Below, piece by piece: positions 9,975 through 18,983 of a DNA stretch of 64,000 nucleotides. The notes beneath the pieces were generated by a model. The model was given only the letters and a program-made list of their open reading frames with translations. It was not told where the DNA came from and did not search any database. The stretch spans positions 1-64,000 of the forward strand of contig JAVHQC010000018.1 in the NCBI GenBank assembly GCA_036170915.1, in the 5' to 3' direction. The DNA comes from Cyanobacteria bacterium auto_48_18. Lineage in GTDB: Bacteria > Cyanobacteriota > Vampirovibrionia > Obscuribacterales > Obscuribacteraceae. Both the position numbers and the translations under genes were made by a program. Each line of letters opens with the position of its first letter. The first letter of the stretch is position 1.

Positions 9975-11834
9975 TTAATTTGAAATCTCCGACAGACTCC
10001 ACTTTGAACGTTCCAGTTCTCCCACTTCATGCAGAAGATGATTAATCTCTGTATGTATTCGCAGAGCGTCCTTATGCATGGCTTCGACGGCGATTTGTTC
10101 TTCTGGTTGCGGCACTATCACTTCGAGTTGCTCGACTGCTTTTGTACTTAGCAGAGGGATGGATGAACCACCTGCGGACATTTTGAGCAAGCGTTTTCCT
10201 ATTTCAGAACGAAGGTATCGGAACAAGACCTCCGAACTAATAGGACCTTTCTTAACTCTTAAAATCACAAAGTTTTGACTGGCAATCCAATCAGCGGAGT
10301 CCTGAGTTACATATGCGACTTGTCCAACACTACCTTTGACAGACAACAGAACATCGCCAGGGAACAGCCGCTGTTTAGCGCCAAACTTTTCGGTAACACT
10401 ACTAGCCGAGACAATTTTGTGTGGTGCTCGGAGCAAGCCTGATTGCTCGATGTCACTAACGGTCACTTCACGAAATTGTCTGGCTATTTTGCGCTTCGGA
10501 TCTTCGACAAGTTGGCAACGAATAATTTCGCACAGTGACCCTAGCGGCACTGTCTTTTGTTTTGCCATATAGGCCGTGAACCGTAGTTCATCCTGTGAAA
10601 GCACGTAACGGCCAGGATCAAGGCTATACTCGTTTGCGGAAACTGCATCTCCGCTGCCGTCAACAAGGCGAGCATAATCACTTTCGGTATTGTCCAAAAC
10701 TTCATCAGCCAATTCTTCGACGTTCTTAAGCCAGGCTCTGCTTCCGCGTTTGCTTGAAACGATAAATAGATTTAGCCCTGTTAAATCAACAAACAGGATG
10801 GGCTCTGCATTTCTCGTTTTGTCTAACACGATGATGGCAGTTGGGATGTTGGTGTTGAGCAAAACGCCTGGTGGTAGGCTGATTACCGCTCGTAGAAGAC
10901 TGGAGTCTATTATGCTTCTTCGAAAATCGCGCTCACCACCAGCGGTGCGCGTTAACAACGCCATCGGAACTAATGCCGCCACTCTCGACTTGCTTTGCGC
11001 AAGACAGTGCCTAATTTCTAGCACTTCGGCAGTTAACGGTTTCTCCGGAAAACGAACAAACTGATCATTCTCAACATTAAGATCGTATCGAACGCCGAAT
11101 GGTGGACACGAGATGGCAGCATCGAACTCAATGAGTTGACCACCGATAACCCAGCTGGGTGAATGCAGCGGATCTGACACGCGAATCTGAATTTTGCTAT
11201 TGCAGAGGATGTTTGCGGTCAGTAGCAATACATCGGCGCGCTTCTGTTCACCGTGCACAGCGATATTGTTTTTCGCTGCTAAGATGGCGGGTATGCCTGC
11301 TGCGCTGTGCGTGCAATAGAGCGATTTGGTTTCAGTTCCGACGGACAATCGGACGAGCAGGTCCGCCAGTTCAAGAGGTATTAAGCTTTCACCCATCTCC
11401 CTGGTGCTGTATGCCTGCAGCACTTTGACAAGCGCGAAGAAAAATGTTTCGAAATCAGTGCTTTCGTCAATCAAGGCCAGGTCGGCAATTAGCTGCAATG
11501 TATTCCAAAAAGTTTGCGGATGCATTCGGCTAGCGATCCAACTTTCGGTTGTGAATATGTTTGGGTTTTGATCTTCAAGTTTTGTCGAAATTTTCCCAAG
11601 AAGTCTTTGCAGTTCCTCACCGGAAGGCGGTTTCGGGGTATTGATGATCGTGTTCATATTCAAGTCGCCAGTCAAAAATTTGTCGGCGCTCAACTTGGCC
11701 CAGCTCAGTAGAAGACATAGTGCACTTATAGAATCAGGAGGAGCAAGCTCGCGCCTCAAGCTATTCAGAAGCTGATTGATGATTGCTTCTTGCTTGACTG
11801 TGCCAATGTCTAAAAACTGTTGTCCGCGTTGCAT
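9975..11834 (-). CDS. HsdM-like N6-methyltransferase fused to a single TRD; SAM-binding and catalytic motifs degenerate
   Basis: GESLIPLELADLL, FDAAISCPPFG (CPPF in place of NPPF), LRAVISLPPG..NTNIPT; C-terminal TRD (GDVLLSVKGSVG, VPQPEEQ). Confidence 0.8.
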   Translation of the reverse strand: MQRGQQFLDIGTVKQEAIINQLLNSLRRELAPPDSISALCLLLSWAKLSADKFLTGDLNMNTIINTPKPPSGEELQRLLGKISTKLEDQNPNIFTTESWIASRMHPQTFWNTLQLIADLALIDESTDFETFFFALVKVLQAYSTREMGESLIPLELADLLVRLSVGTETKSLYCTHSAAGIPAILAAKNNIAVHGEQKRADVLLLTANILCNSKIQIRVSDPLHSPSWVIGGQLIEFDAAISCPPFGVRYDLNVENDQFVRFPEKPLTAEVLEIRHCLAQSKSRVAALVPMALLTRTAGGERDFRRSIIDSSLLRAVISLPPGVLLNTNIPTAIIVLDKTRNAEPILFVDLTGLNLFIVSSKRGSRAWLKNVEELADEVLDNTESDYARLVDGSGDAVSANEYSLDPGRYVLSQDELRFTAYMAKQKTVPLGSLCEIIRCQLVEDPKRKIARQFREVTVSDIEQSGLLRAPHKIVSASSVTEKFGAKQRLFPGDVLLSVKGSVGQVAYVTQDSADWIASQNFVILRVKKGPISSEVLFRYLRSEIGKRLLKMSAGGSSIPLLSTKAVEQLEVIVPQPEEQIAVEAMHKDALRIHTEINHLLHEVGELERSKWSLSEISN

Positions 11835-12103
11835 TAGCTGGCCATCCGCTTGTAGCTGTCGAGGCGGTACGTGGTGATCATGGTGTCACCAGACTCCACC
11901 ACTACCACACCGCCCTTTTTCAATGCTTCTTGAACTGTCTTTTTCAGAGAATCCAGCTCGCTCTGGAGCATGACTAAGGACTTCTTTGTAAGGACAACTT
12001 TGTCCCCGTCCCGATGTCCGAATTGCTGGGTCAATTGAACCAGGTCCGATTTGATAGCTCTTTGGGACATCCGTCCTTGCATGTGTTTTGTTGATTTGCT
12101 CAC
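11834..12103 (-). CDS. Small DUF4258-like (RelE-like fold) protein
   Basis: TKHMQGRMSQRAI...VVVVESGDTMITTY pattern; stop overlaps the next ATG (TAATG). Confidence 0.6.
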   Translation of the reverse strand: MSKSTKHMQGRMSQRAIKSDLVQLTQQFGHRDGDKVVLTKKSLVMLQSELDSLKKTVQEALKKGGVVVVESGDTMITTYRLDSYKRMAS

Positions 12104-12148
12104 GATGGTGTTCCTTGCACAGCCGATGCTTTAGTTATACACCAAAGC

Positions 12149-12173
12149 AAAATAGTTTGCAACTAACTATTTT
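12149..12173. promoter_or_regulatory. Inverted repeat in the promoter region of the DUF4258-like/MTase-TRD pair
   Basis: AAAATAGTT-N7-AACTATTTT; minus-strand GTGTATAAC -10-like element just downstream. Confidence 0.4.
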
Positions 12174-12284
12174 TGGTTTGCCTCAAACAATTTTTCATGC
12201 GGGGCAAACTTATTATATAAGGAACGGTCACTTCCGTTGTGACAGGAGGCGTCTTTTTCACCGAAACTCTATTTAGCCAAGATC

Positions 12285-13622
12285 TTAAGATTTTCGCGTG
12301 CCGGCCTTGCGTTTTGACCTTGATTTGCCTTTTACGGGCTTCTTTTCAGATTCCTCAGCGATGGGAGCCTCAGATTCTTTCTCCTGACGCTTCTTTGCCT
12401 CGAACCACGCACCTTGCGCCTTCTGCCTTGCTTCCAGTTGAACTTGCTGGCTTGTCCGAATGTACGCTTTCAGCGTAGTTCGCGTGTCGGTGTGGTGAAG
12501 GGCAGCTCTAACTACCGACACATCGGCGCCAGTGTTGGCCATTGATGACGCCAGACTTCTGCGCAGATCGTGAATCCACAGATCGCTCATTCCTAGGTCC
12601 TTGCGCAGCGATTCCCAAGCGTTGCCTGGATCGACCATGTGTCCGGCAGCGCCCTTTCCCGGGAAAACCCACGGGCAATCACGTTTCTTCACTCCGGCTT
12701 CTTCAAGCAGCTGTTCACGCTGCGTGAGAACCTCCTTCTCCATTTCACCAAGAGGTATTATTTGCGCGCGCATTGTCTTCATTTTCTCTGCGGGGATGCC
12801 CCAGGTGCCGTTCTTAAGATCCACTTCGTCCCAGCGCATTGTCATTACGTTTGACTTGCGCGCGCCCGTCAGAAGCGAGAGGAGAATGAAATCGCGCAGT
12901 GTTCGTTCTCTGTTATGAACTGCGGGAATGGCTTCTAGTGCGGTCAAAAGTTTGGCTGCTTCTTCGTCAGAAAGGACTCTGTCTCGCTCGTTCTCCCTGT
13001 ACAACGAGACTCCGGCAAACGGATTATCTGTGCGCGAAATGAAATGAGTTTTGATGCCGAAGTTGAACATCGCTCGACCCAGTTGCACCGCGCGGTTTGC
13101 GCTGCCCGGAGTTTCTTGCATTGATGAATGAAGTCGCGCCGCGTCCTCGTGGGAAAAGTCGTTCGCTTTTTTCTTGGCCAGATTTTTCTTTGCGAACCAG
13201 CGCTTGAAGTTGTTTTCATTGTCCAGAACGCGCTTTCCTCTTTTCTCCAGGTGATGCTCCTTATAATGATCGAACAGCTCCTGAAGCGTATGCGACCCCT
13301 CTTTGCCTTGCTTCTCAAAGATGTTTTCGCCGCGATTGAGCCGTGCAGTCAATTCGGCCGCTCTAGATTGGGCTTCAAGCATGATGTCGCGTAACAGCGC
13401 ATCTGGAAGTGAATCCTCGAACTTGCAGTTTAAATCTATACCGCGCCAACTACGCTCAACTGGAACTCGGAAGCAGAATGCCTTTTTGCCACCCCGTCCG
13501 ACCGAAACATATAGATGAACATCGGGAAGCACGGAAACATAACGCTGTTTTAGATGATCCGGGCACGAAAGTGCCCGAATGTACTTCGCAGTAAACTTCT
13601 TGCCCGTTTTTTCTTCAACCAT
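12285..13622 (-). CDS. int: Tyrosine recombinase/integrase (P4-like)
   Basis: TGARKSN, HDLRR, LHH...TTLKAY catalytic residues; probable N-terminal arm-binding domain. Confidence 0.93.
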   Translation of the reverse strand: MVEEKTGKKFTAKYIRALSCPDHLKQRYVSVLPDVHLYVSVGRGGKKAFCFRVPVERSWRGIDLNCKFEDSLPDALLRDIMLEAQSRAAELTARLNRGENIFEKQGKEGSHTLQELFDHYKEHHLEKRGKRVLDNENNFKRWFAKKNLAKKKANDFSHEDAARLHSSMQETPGSANRAVQLGRAMFNFGIKTHFISRTDNPFAGVSLYRENERDRVLSDEEAAKLLTALEAIPAVHNRERTLRDFILLSLLTGARKSNVMTMRWDEVDLKNGTWGIPAEKMKTMRAQIIPLGEMEKEVLTQREQLLEEAGVKKRDCPWVFPGKGAAGHMVDPGNAWESLRKDLGMSDLWIHDLRRSLASSMANTGADVSVVRAALHHTDTRTTLKAYIRTSQQVQLEARQKAQGAWFEAKKRQEKESEAPIAEESEKKPVKGKSRSKRKAGTRKS

Positions 13623-13645
13623 TGGGTTCCTTCCCAAGACCAAAT

Positions 13646-13669
13646 GCCTAGCGCAACGCCTAGCGCAAC
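13646..13669. repeat. Tandem 12-bp direct repeat, probable integrase arm-binding sites
   Basis: GCCTAGCGCAAC x2 between the int start and the att core. Confidence 0.65.
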
Positions 13670-13795
13670 TTCATTATAAATCGATCGGATCGATCAAAAC
13701 CGGTCAACAAGATTAAATCGCAAAAGCATTGCCAGTACGCATTTTTGAAGGGTTTAATCTAGTCAAGGGAACCACCGTCAAAACCCGTAATTTTT

Positions 13796-13842
13796 GGCTC
13801 ATAACCCAAAGGTCGTAAGTTCAAATCTTACCCCCGCAACCA
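13796..13842 (+). other. 3' fragment of initiator tRNA-Met (att core duplication)
   Basis: GGCTCATAACCCAAAGGTCGTAAGTTCAAATCTTACCCCCGCAACCA has a CAT anticodon loop, T arm and CCA; the 5' half is absent. Confidence 0.9.
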
Positions 13843-13854
13843 ATTAAATCAATT

Positions 13855-13888
13855 ACAGGCCGGTCTTCAGCGACTGGCCTGTTTTGTT
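13855..13888 (+). terminator. Intrinsic terminator after the tRNA fragment
   Basis: ACAGGCCGGTC-TTCAGC-GACTGGCCTGT followed by TTTGTT. Confidence 0.75.
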
Positions 13889-13951
13889 AAGAGTACGGAA
13901 CATCAAATTGAGCTCATGGGGAATAACGCTTTTCAAAAGCCTAAGGATTTT

Positions 13952-13993
13952 TACAACTTATAAGTTGTACCGATATACAACCTTCAAGTTGTA
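13952..13993. promoter_or_regulatory. Two tandem 18-bp palindromic operators
   Basis: TACAACTTATAAGTTGTA (perfect) and TACAACCTTCAAGTTGTA, offset by 24 bp. Confidence 0.7.
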
Positions 13994-14059
13994 AAAAAAA
14001 CCTAGGCGAGATCTTTAACTTCCCCAGTTGAACGACGAAGCCATATCGACAAGGAAGAA

Positions 14060-14542
14060 ATGAGTTTCCAAAAAATTGTTGAAGAAATCATGTCTACTCA
14101 TCACAACCTGCTGCGAAGAGAATTACCAAAAATCTCCGAACTCATCAAAGCTCTTACCACTGAAAATGCTGAAAGCAAATCTTTAAAAGAAGCGCAGCAG
14201 ATATTTGAAAAAGTAAGAGCGAAAGTGGAAGCACACTTGCGCGATGAAGAAACAATTTTGTTCCCGACAGGAGTAGCTCTGGAATCAGGTGGTCAAGCCA
14301 TACAGACAGAAATGAATTTGCTCGAACGCCTTGCCGAGATGGAAAAGGAACATGACGGTTGTGGCAACGCCCTCGCGGGTGTTTACCAAACCACAATTGA
14401 TGACGCGTCAGCAAGTGAACTGAAAGAGCAGCTGCTCGCAACCATTGAAATCGTGCAAGAAGATTTCGTGTCACACGTTGAAAAAGAAAATGCAAAAGTG
14501 CATCCGATGCTGATCAACCTGGTGGCAGCGCGGTCAGGTTAA
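14060..14542 (+). CDS. Hemerythrin HHE domain protein (RIC/YtfE-like di-iron domain)
   Basis: HHNLLRRELP, HLRDEETILFP, MEKEHD, HVEKEN metal-ligand motifs. Confidence 0.8.
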   Translation: MSFQKIVEEIMSTHHNLLRRELPKISELIKALTTENAESKSLKEAQQIFEKVRAKVEAHLRDEETILFPTGVALESGGQAIQTEMNLLERLAEMEKEHDGCGNALAGVYQTTIDDASASELKEQLLATIEIVQEDFVSHVEKENAKVHPMLINLVAARSG

Positions 14543-14655
14543 TCTGCACCGGAGCTCATAAGAGTCGAGTCAACGCGGCACAAGTCGGCGTGATGCCGTC
14601 CCGCTCTGCTACAATCCGCAGCAGCTGCGAGAAATCCGCTCGCCTGTGCAAGAAT

Positions 14656-15258
14656 TCACTCATCAAGCCACTTCCTGATCAACTTTTTCGTCGCTACATT
14701 TCCGAATTTAGAGGCGGCGCGTAGTATTTTCTGGCGATCAAATTGATGCGACTTCGCTTGAGCATTGCGCAGTAACTCAGTACGTTCCTCCGCGAGCTCG
14801 TCAAGATTATTTATCAAATCAACCAACAGAAACTCTGAAGAAAGTTTGTTCGGAAATCGCGGCTTGATTCGAAAGTCAAAAGTGCGATTGCAAAATGTGA
14901 ATCGGCCGTGTCGTTTGTGGTTGTAAACAACGGTCCGGTTGTAGAGCTGAGTACTACCCAATCCAAGCGTGTTATAGCTGACCGGTGACAGCAATAAAAA
15001 ATCGTCGTCACGTAAAAATGCAGCAATAAGCTCGCTGTCCTTTGGAGGAACCGGGCCAAATGCGGACTGGTGAGGAACGTAATATAGTCCTTGGGCGATC
15101 TTGGTTAGCCTCCCAGAATCTTGCAATTGCCTTAAATGCCGATCTACTGCGTTCGAATCTGTTGCGAGCTCTTCGCGGCGGTACACGGCGCCAGCTCGAA
15201 GTCGACGGGACAGAAGAGCCGCGGCGGTAGGTTTTGCAGAAGTGGCGCGCGCGTTCAT
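14656..15258 (-). CDS. AbiEi/DUF6088-like wHTH protein (orphan antitoxin-like)
   Basis: SNAVDRHLRQL...RLTKIAQGLYYVP..SAFGPVPP pattern. Confidence 0.6.
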   Translation of the reverse strand: MNARATSAKPTAAALLSRRLRAGAVYRREELATDSNAVDRHLRQLQDSGRLTKIAQGLYYVPHQSAFGPVPPKDSELIAAFLRDDDFLLLSPVSYNTLGLGSTQLYNRTVVYNHKRHGRFTFCNRTFDFRIKPRFPNKLSSEFLLVDLINNLDELAEERTELLRNAQAKSHQFDRQKILRAASKFGNVATKKLIRKWLDE

Positions 15259-15600
15259 CAAATTGCCTGAATTTTCATTGACGTTTCATGCATTTGATGT
15301 AGCACAGAAGCCAGACGAATGTCAAGCACAGGCTTTCTGTAACTATGAATTTACGAGACTAAGTGCTCTATTATGGGGTATGCGAACAACTGCAAGCAAT
15401 TAAACCGCAAGCAATGTTTTCTAGAATTCGCTTACTCTCATTAATCAAACGCTCAAATTCGTATTCAGCTGGGTTAGATAAGTCAGAAGGAAGACGGGTA
15501 CGAAGATAGCGCCACTAAAGATGCAAGCGCAGAAGGGAACCGCGACCACGACACCGCATATAGTGCCACTGACTAAAAGCTAAGGAACTCAGGAGAAGTA

Positions 15601-17232
15601 GTGTCATCTAAATTTGCTCACGTACCTGGTGACCTGCTCGGCGGTTTAACGGCCGCTATCGTCGCGCTGCCCATTGCTCTTGCTTTTGGCGTGGCTTCTG
15701 GTTTAGGTGCGCCTGCAGGTCTTTACGGCGCTATTGCTTGTGGCATTCTCGCGGCCCTTTTTGGTGGTACCAAAACCCTGGTATCAGGACCAACTGGTCC
15801 GTTGACTGTTGTGGTTGCTGCAATGGTAAGCGCTCACCTTGGCCATCCAGAAATAATCTTCGCCGCAATTATTTTGGCCGGAATCTGTCAGGTCGGGCTT
15901 GGGCTGCTCAAAGCCGGTCAGTTGATTGAGTACATACCGTATCCGGTAGTGTCAGGATTTATGACCGGCATAGGCATGATTATTGTAATTTTGCAGTTGC
16001 GACCGCTTGTTGGCTTACCTGGAAAAGGTGAAGTTCTCGGCACCTTGCAATCGGCGCCGGAGATTTTTCAGCAATACAATATACAGGCACTCGGCCTGGG
16101 GCTGCTTTGCCTGGCTTGCATCTATGTCGCACCTCTCATAAATAAAAAAATCCCGGCTGCGCTTGTGGCGCTCATAGTGGGCACAGCTGTAGCAGTATAT
16201 TTTCGGCTTGAATTGCCTACGATTGCGCAGATTCCAGCCGGGCTGCCGTTACCGAAAATACCGTGGTTTTCTGTTTCTGATTGGCATGTCGTGATCACAA
16301 ACGCCTTTGCCTTAGCGACGCTAGGATCGATTGATTCTTTGCTAACGTCAGTGGTTGTGGATAGGCTCACAAGAACCAAACATGACAGCAACAAAGAGCT
16401 AATAGGACAAGGCATTGGCAATTTTGCTTCTGGTCTCATTGGCGGACTGCCCGGTGCGGGCGCCACCATGCGTAGTGTTATTAACATTAAAACCGGTGCC
16501 ACAACACAACTATCCGGATTTACGCATGGCGTTATTCTTCTAGCGATATTGCTAGGACTTGGTTCTTTTGCGCAAAAGGTTCCTCTTGCTTGTCTTGCGG
16601 CTATCTTGATCAGCGTCGGTATTTCCATTGTTGATTACCGTGCGCTGAAGCTAATGCGCAAAGCACCAAAAGAGGACATGATCGTTCTTGTTATTGTGCT
16701 TTTGCACACCATATTCGTTGATTTGATCATTGCAGTCATTGCTGGCTTGGCTGTCGCCGCACTACTTTTCGCAAAGAAGATGGCAGATACGGAACTCATG
16801 CATGTTGATGCTGTTACAAGCATTCCAGAAGCCTTTCCAGTTGTGCAGTCACTTCCTGAAGAGGTGCAGAAGCAAACATTCGTCTACTCTTTTCACGGAC
16901 CTCTCTTTTTTGGCGAAGTGACGATCTTGGAAAAGCTGATGGAAAGTGTTCCCGAAGGGGCCAAATATATTATTCTGCATTTTGCCAATGTGCCTTTTGC
17001 TGATTTGTCGGGAGCGTTTGCGCTTCAAGATGCGCTTAACCGCTGGGCGGAAAAGGATATCTATGTCATTGCTGTAAAGCTGTTAGAGCCAACCAAATCA
17101 ACACTGTCCAGAGTAGGAGTGGCAATGCCCAATAGTTACGACACGGTCAGTGATGCTATCGCGCACATTGCCTTTGGTGACGTTGAGAAACTCGACCTGA
17201 GTGAGCCCGCGCCAGTGGACCATGGTGCCTGA
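15601..17232 (+). CDS. SulP/SLC26 anion permease (BicA-like) with STAS domain
   Basis: GDLLGGLTAAIVALPIALAFG, SGPTGP, KELIGQGIGN, GPLFFG. Confidence 0.92.
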   Translation: MSSKFAHVPGDLLGGLTAAIVALPIALAFGVASGLGAPAGLYGAIACGILAALFGGTKTLVSGPTGPLTVVVAAMVSAHLGHPEIIFAAIILAGICQVGLGLLKAGQLIEYIPYPVVSGFMTGIGMIIVILQLRPLVGLPGKGEVLGTLQSAPEIFQQYNIQALGLGLLCLACIYVAPLINKKIPAALVALIVGTAVAVYFRLELPTIAQIPAGLPLPKIPWFSVSDWHVVITNAFALATLGSIDSLLTSVVVDRLTRTKHDSNKELIGQGIGNFASGLIGGLPGAGATMRSVINIKTGATTQLSGFTHGVILLAILLGLGSFAQKVPLACLAAILISVGISIVDYRALKLMRKAPKEDMIVLVIVLLHTIFVDLIIAVIAGLAVAALLFAKKMADTELMHVDAVTSIPEAFPVVQSLPEEVQKQTFVYSFHGPLFFGEVTILEKLMESVPEGAKYIILHFANVPFADLSGAFALQDALNRWAEKDIYVIAVKLLEPTKSTLSRVGVAMPNSYDTVSDAIAHIAFGDVEKLDLSEPAPVDHGA

Positions 17233-17284
17233 AATTACGAAGAAGTAGCGCCAGTCCAGAACTTCTGTCGCGAAACAATCGCGC

Positions 17285-17319
17285 TTGACACACAACACCA
17301 TTTCGATTATATTGGAAAT
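17285..17319 (+). promoter_or_regulatory. sigma70 promoter overlapped by an ArsR-type operator; probably leaderless
   Basis: TTGACA-N17-TATATT; imperfect palindrome ATTTCGATTATATTGGAAAT; ATG 6 nt after the -10 and no RBS. Confidence 0.7.
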
Positions 17320-17619
17320 ATGAAAACGAAGAACGCAGTCGACGCCCTGGCGGCCTTGGCACAAGAATCACGCCTTGAAATTTTTCGCCTGCTGGTTAGA
17401 AAAGGTACTGATGGAATGGCGGCCGGCGATTTGAGCAGTCATTTCGGCATGCCACCAGCCACGATGTCATTCCATTTAAAGGAACTGACTAATTCAGGGC
17501 TGATTGTCTCTCGGCGCGAAAGTAGATCAATCATCTACTCAGCTGATTACGATCAAATGCAGGCGCTGCTGAGTTTTCTTGTGGAGAACTGCTGCGCAGA
17601 CAATGGAGGCAAATGCTAA
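17320..17619 (+). CDS. arsR: ArsR-family As(III)-responsive repressor
   Basis: LAALAQESRLEIFRLL, MSFHLKEL, C-terminal NCC...C. Confidence 0.9.
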   Translation: MKTKNAVDALAALAQESRLEIFRLLVRKGTDGMAAGDLSSHFGMPPATMSFHLKELTNSGLIVSRRESRSIIYSADYDQMQALLSFLVENCCADNGGKC

Positions 17620-18119
17620 TGAAAAGATTTCACGTACATGTGGCAGTGGCTAATCTGGCCGAGTCTATCAAATTCTATTCAACCTTTTTCAATACTAGCC
17701 CATCAGTGGAAAAAGATGATTATGCCAAGTGGATGCTCGACGATCCGCGCATAAATTTCGCCATCTCAACAAGAGATAGAGAGCCTGGCTTGGACCACCT
17801 TGGAATACAAGTAGAAGACGCAAGCGATCTCAAAGAGATTTCGCTACGTCTGCAGGCAGCGCAACAGCCCATTTTAGAACAGGAACAAACCACTTGCTGT
17901 TACGCAAAGGCAGATAAGACATGGGTGCACGATCCGCAAGGAATAGCCTGGGAATCGTTTTACACAACCGGTGTCGCAACAACTTATGGTGAAGATATAG
18001 ATTTGCAAGGTGAGAGCGAAAGTGCTTGTTGCGCGCCCGAACTAGCACAAAACGCAGCACCAGCAGTAATACCAAAAGTAATACCAGTACAAATCGCAAA
18101 GAAGGAGTGCTGCCAGTGA
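17619..18119 (+). CDS. arsI: ArsI/CadI glyoxalase-family protein (C-As lyase-like)
   Basis: KRFHVHVAV, YAKWMLDDPRINF, TCCYAKADKTWVHDPQGIAWE. Confidence 0.85.
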   Translation: MKRFHVHVAVANLAESIKFYSTFFNTSPSVEKDDYAKWMLDDPRINFAISTRDREPGLDHLGIQVEDASDLKEISLRLQAAQQPILEQEQTTCCYAKADKTWVHDPQGIAWESFYTTGVATTYGEDIDLQGESESACCAPELAQNAAPAVIPKVIPVQIAKKECCQ

Positions 18120-18532
18120 GGGCATCTCAAAAGAAAGTACTGTTTATCTGTGTGGAGAACAGCTGTCGCAGCCAGATAGCTGAAGGCTTCGCCCGTCAAC
18201 TAGGTATCGAAGCGGACAGCGCCGGCGTTAGGTCTGGAAGTGGCGTCAACCCTGACGCGGTTGCAGTTATGAAAGAAGCAGGTATCGATATATCGAAGCA
18301 ATTTTCTAAGGCAATCGACAACGATAAGCTTGACGATTATGACGCAGTGATTTCAATGTGCTCGGTCAAGACTGCTGATTTCTGCCCATCCACATTCATT
18401 GGCACCCAGGCAAACTGGAATATCGACGACCCGAAAGGATTACCGCTCGAAGAATTTCGGCGTGTGCGTGATCAGATTAAGGCCAAAGTGGAACAACTGG
18501 CTCAGGCCAAAGTCGCTGTAGATAGCAAGTAA
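18116..18532 (+). CDS. arsC: Arsenate reductase, LMW-PTP fold
   Basis: LFICVENSCRSQIAEG, WNIDDP; GTG start with AAGGAG RBS. Confidence 0.88.
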   Translation: MRASQKKVLFICVENSCRSQIAEGFARQLGIEADSAGVRSGSGVNPDAVAVMKEAGIDISKQFSKAIDNDKLDDYDAVISMCSVKTADFCPSTFIGTQANWNIDDPKGLPLEEFRRVRDQIKAKVEQLAQAKVAVDSK

Positions 18533-18566
18533 ATAAATAGCAAATGAACTATTTTGGGAGATAAGA

Positions 18567-18983
18567 ATGAAACTTCAAATATTCGATCCACCGATGTGTT
18601 GCTCAACAGGCATCTGCGGACCCGGCGTAGACCCAGCACTTGTAGAGTTCACCGCAGATCTCGATTGGTTAAAGCGTCAAGGAATTGAAGTAGAACGATA
18701 CAACCTTTCGCAACAGACACAAGTCTTCATAAGTAACACGACCGTTAGCGATGCGCTAAAGAAAGACGGCAACGAATGTCTTCCGCTTGTACTTCTCGAC
18801 GGAAAGATTGTGTTGCAAGGTACTTATCCTACGCGGGAAAAACTGACGGAAGTGACAGGAATCAAGACGTCTGAGACTGAGACCAAAAGTTCGCTCAACT
18901 TTACCGTTGAACAGCCATCCGTAAGTCCTGGATGCTGCGCTCCTTCGGCGCAAGACGAAGCGTGCTACGAGGACGCCCAATGA
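18567..18983 (+). CDS. arsD: Arsenite metallochaperone
   Basis: IFDPPMCCSTGICG, VERYNL, GTYPTRE. Confidence 0.93.
   Translation: MKLQIFDPPMCCSTGICGPGVDPALVEFTADLDWLKRQGIEVERYNLSQQTQVFISNTTVSDALKKDGNECLPLVLLDGKIVLQGTYPTREKLTEVTGIKTSETETKSSLNFTVEQPSVSPGCCAPSAQDEACYEDAQ

Larger units (their letters stand above)
1..13842. mobile_element. Integrative element (IME/satellite/prophage-like island) inserted at tRNA-fMet; left end lies outside the window
   Basis: Tyrosine integrase next to a 3' tRNA-Met fragment; HTH excisionase-like genes; R-M cargo. Confidence 0.8.

Noticed and set aside
13760..13842. Intact tRNA-Met gene
   Set aside because: The 5' acceptor strand and D arm are absent; only the 3' portion is present.
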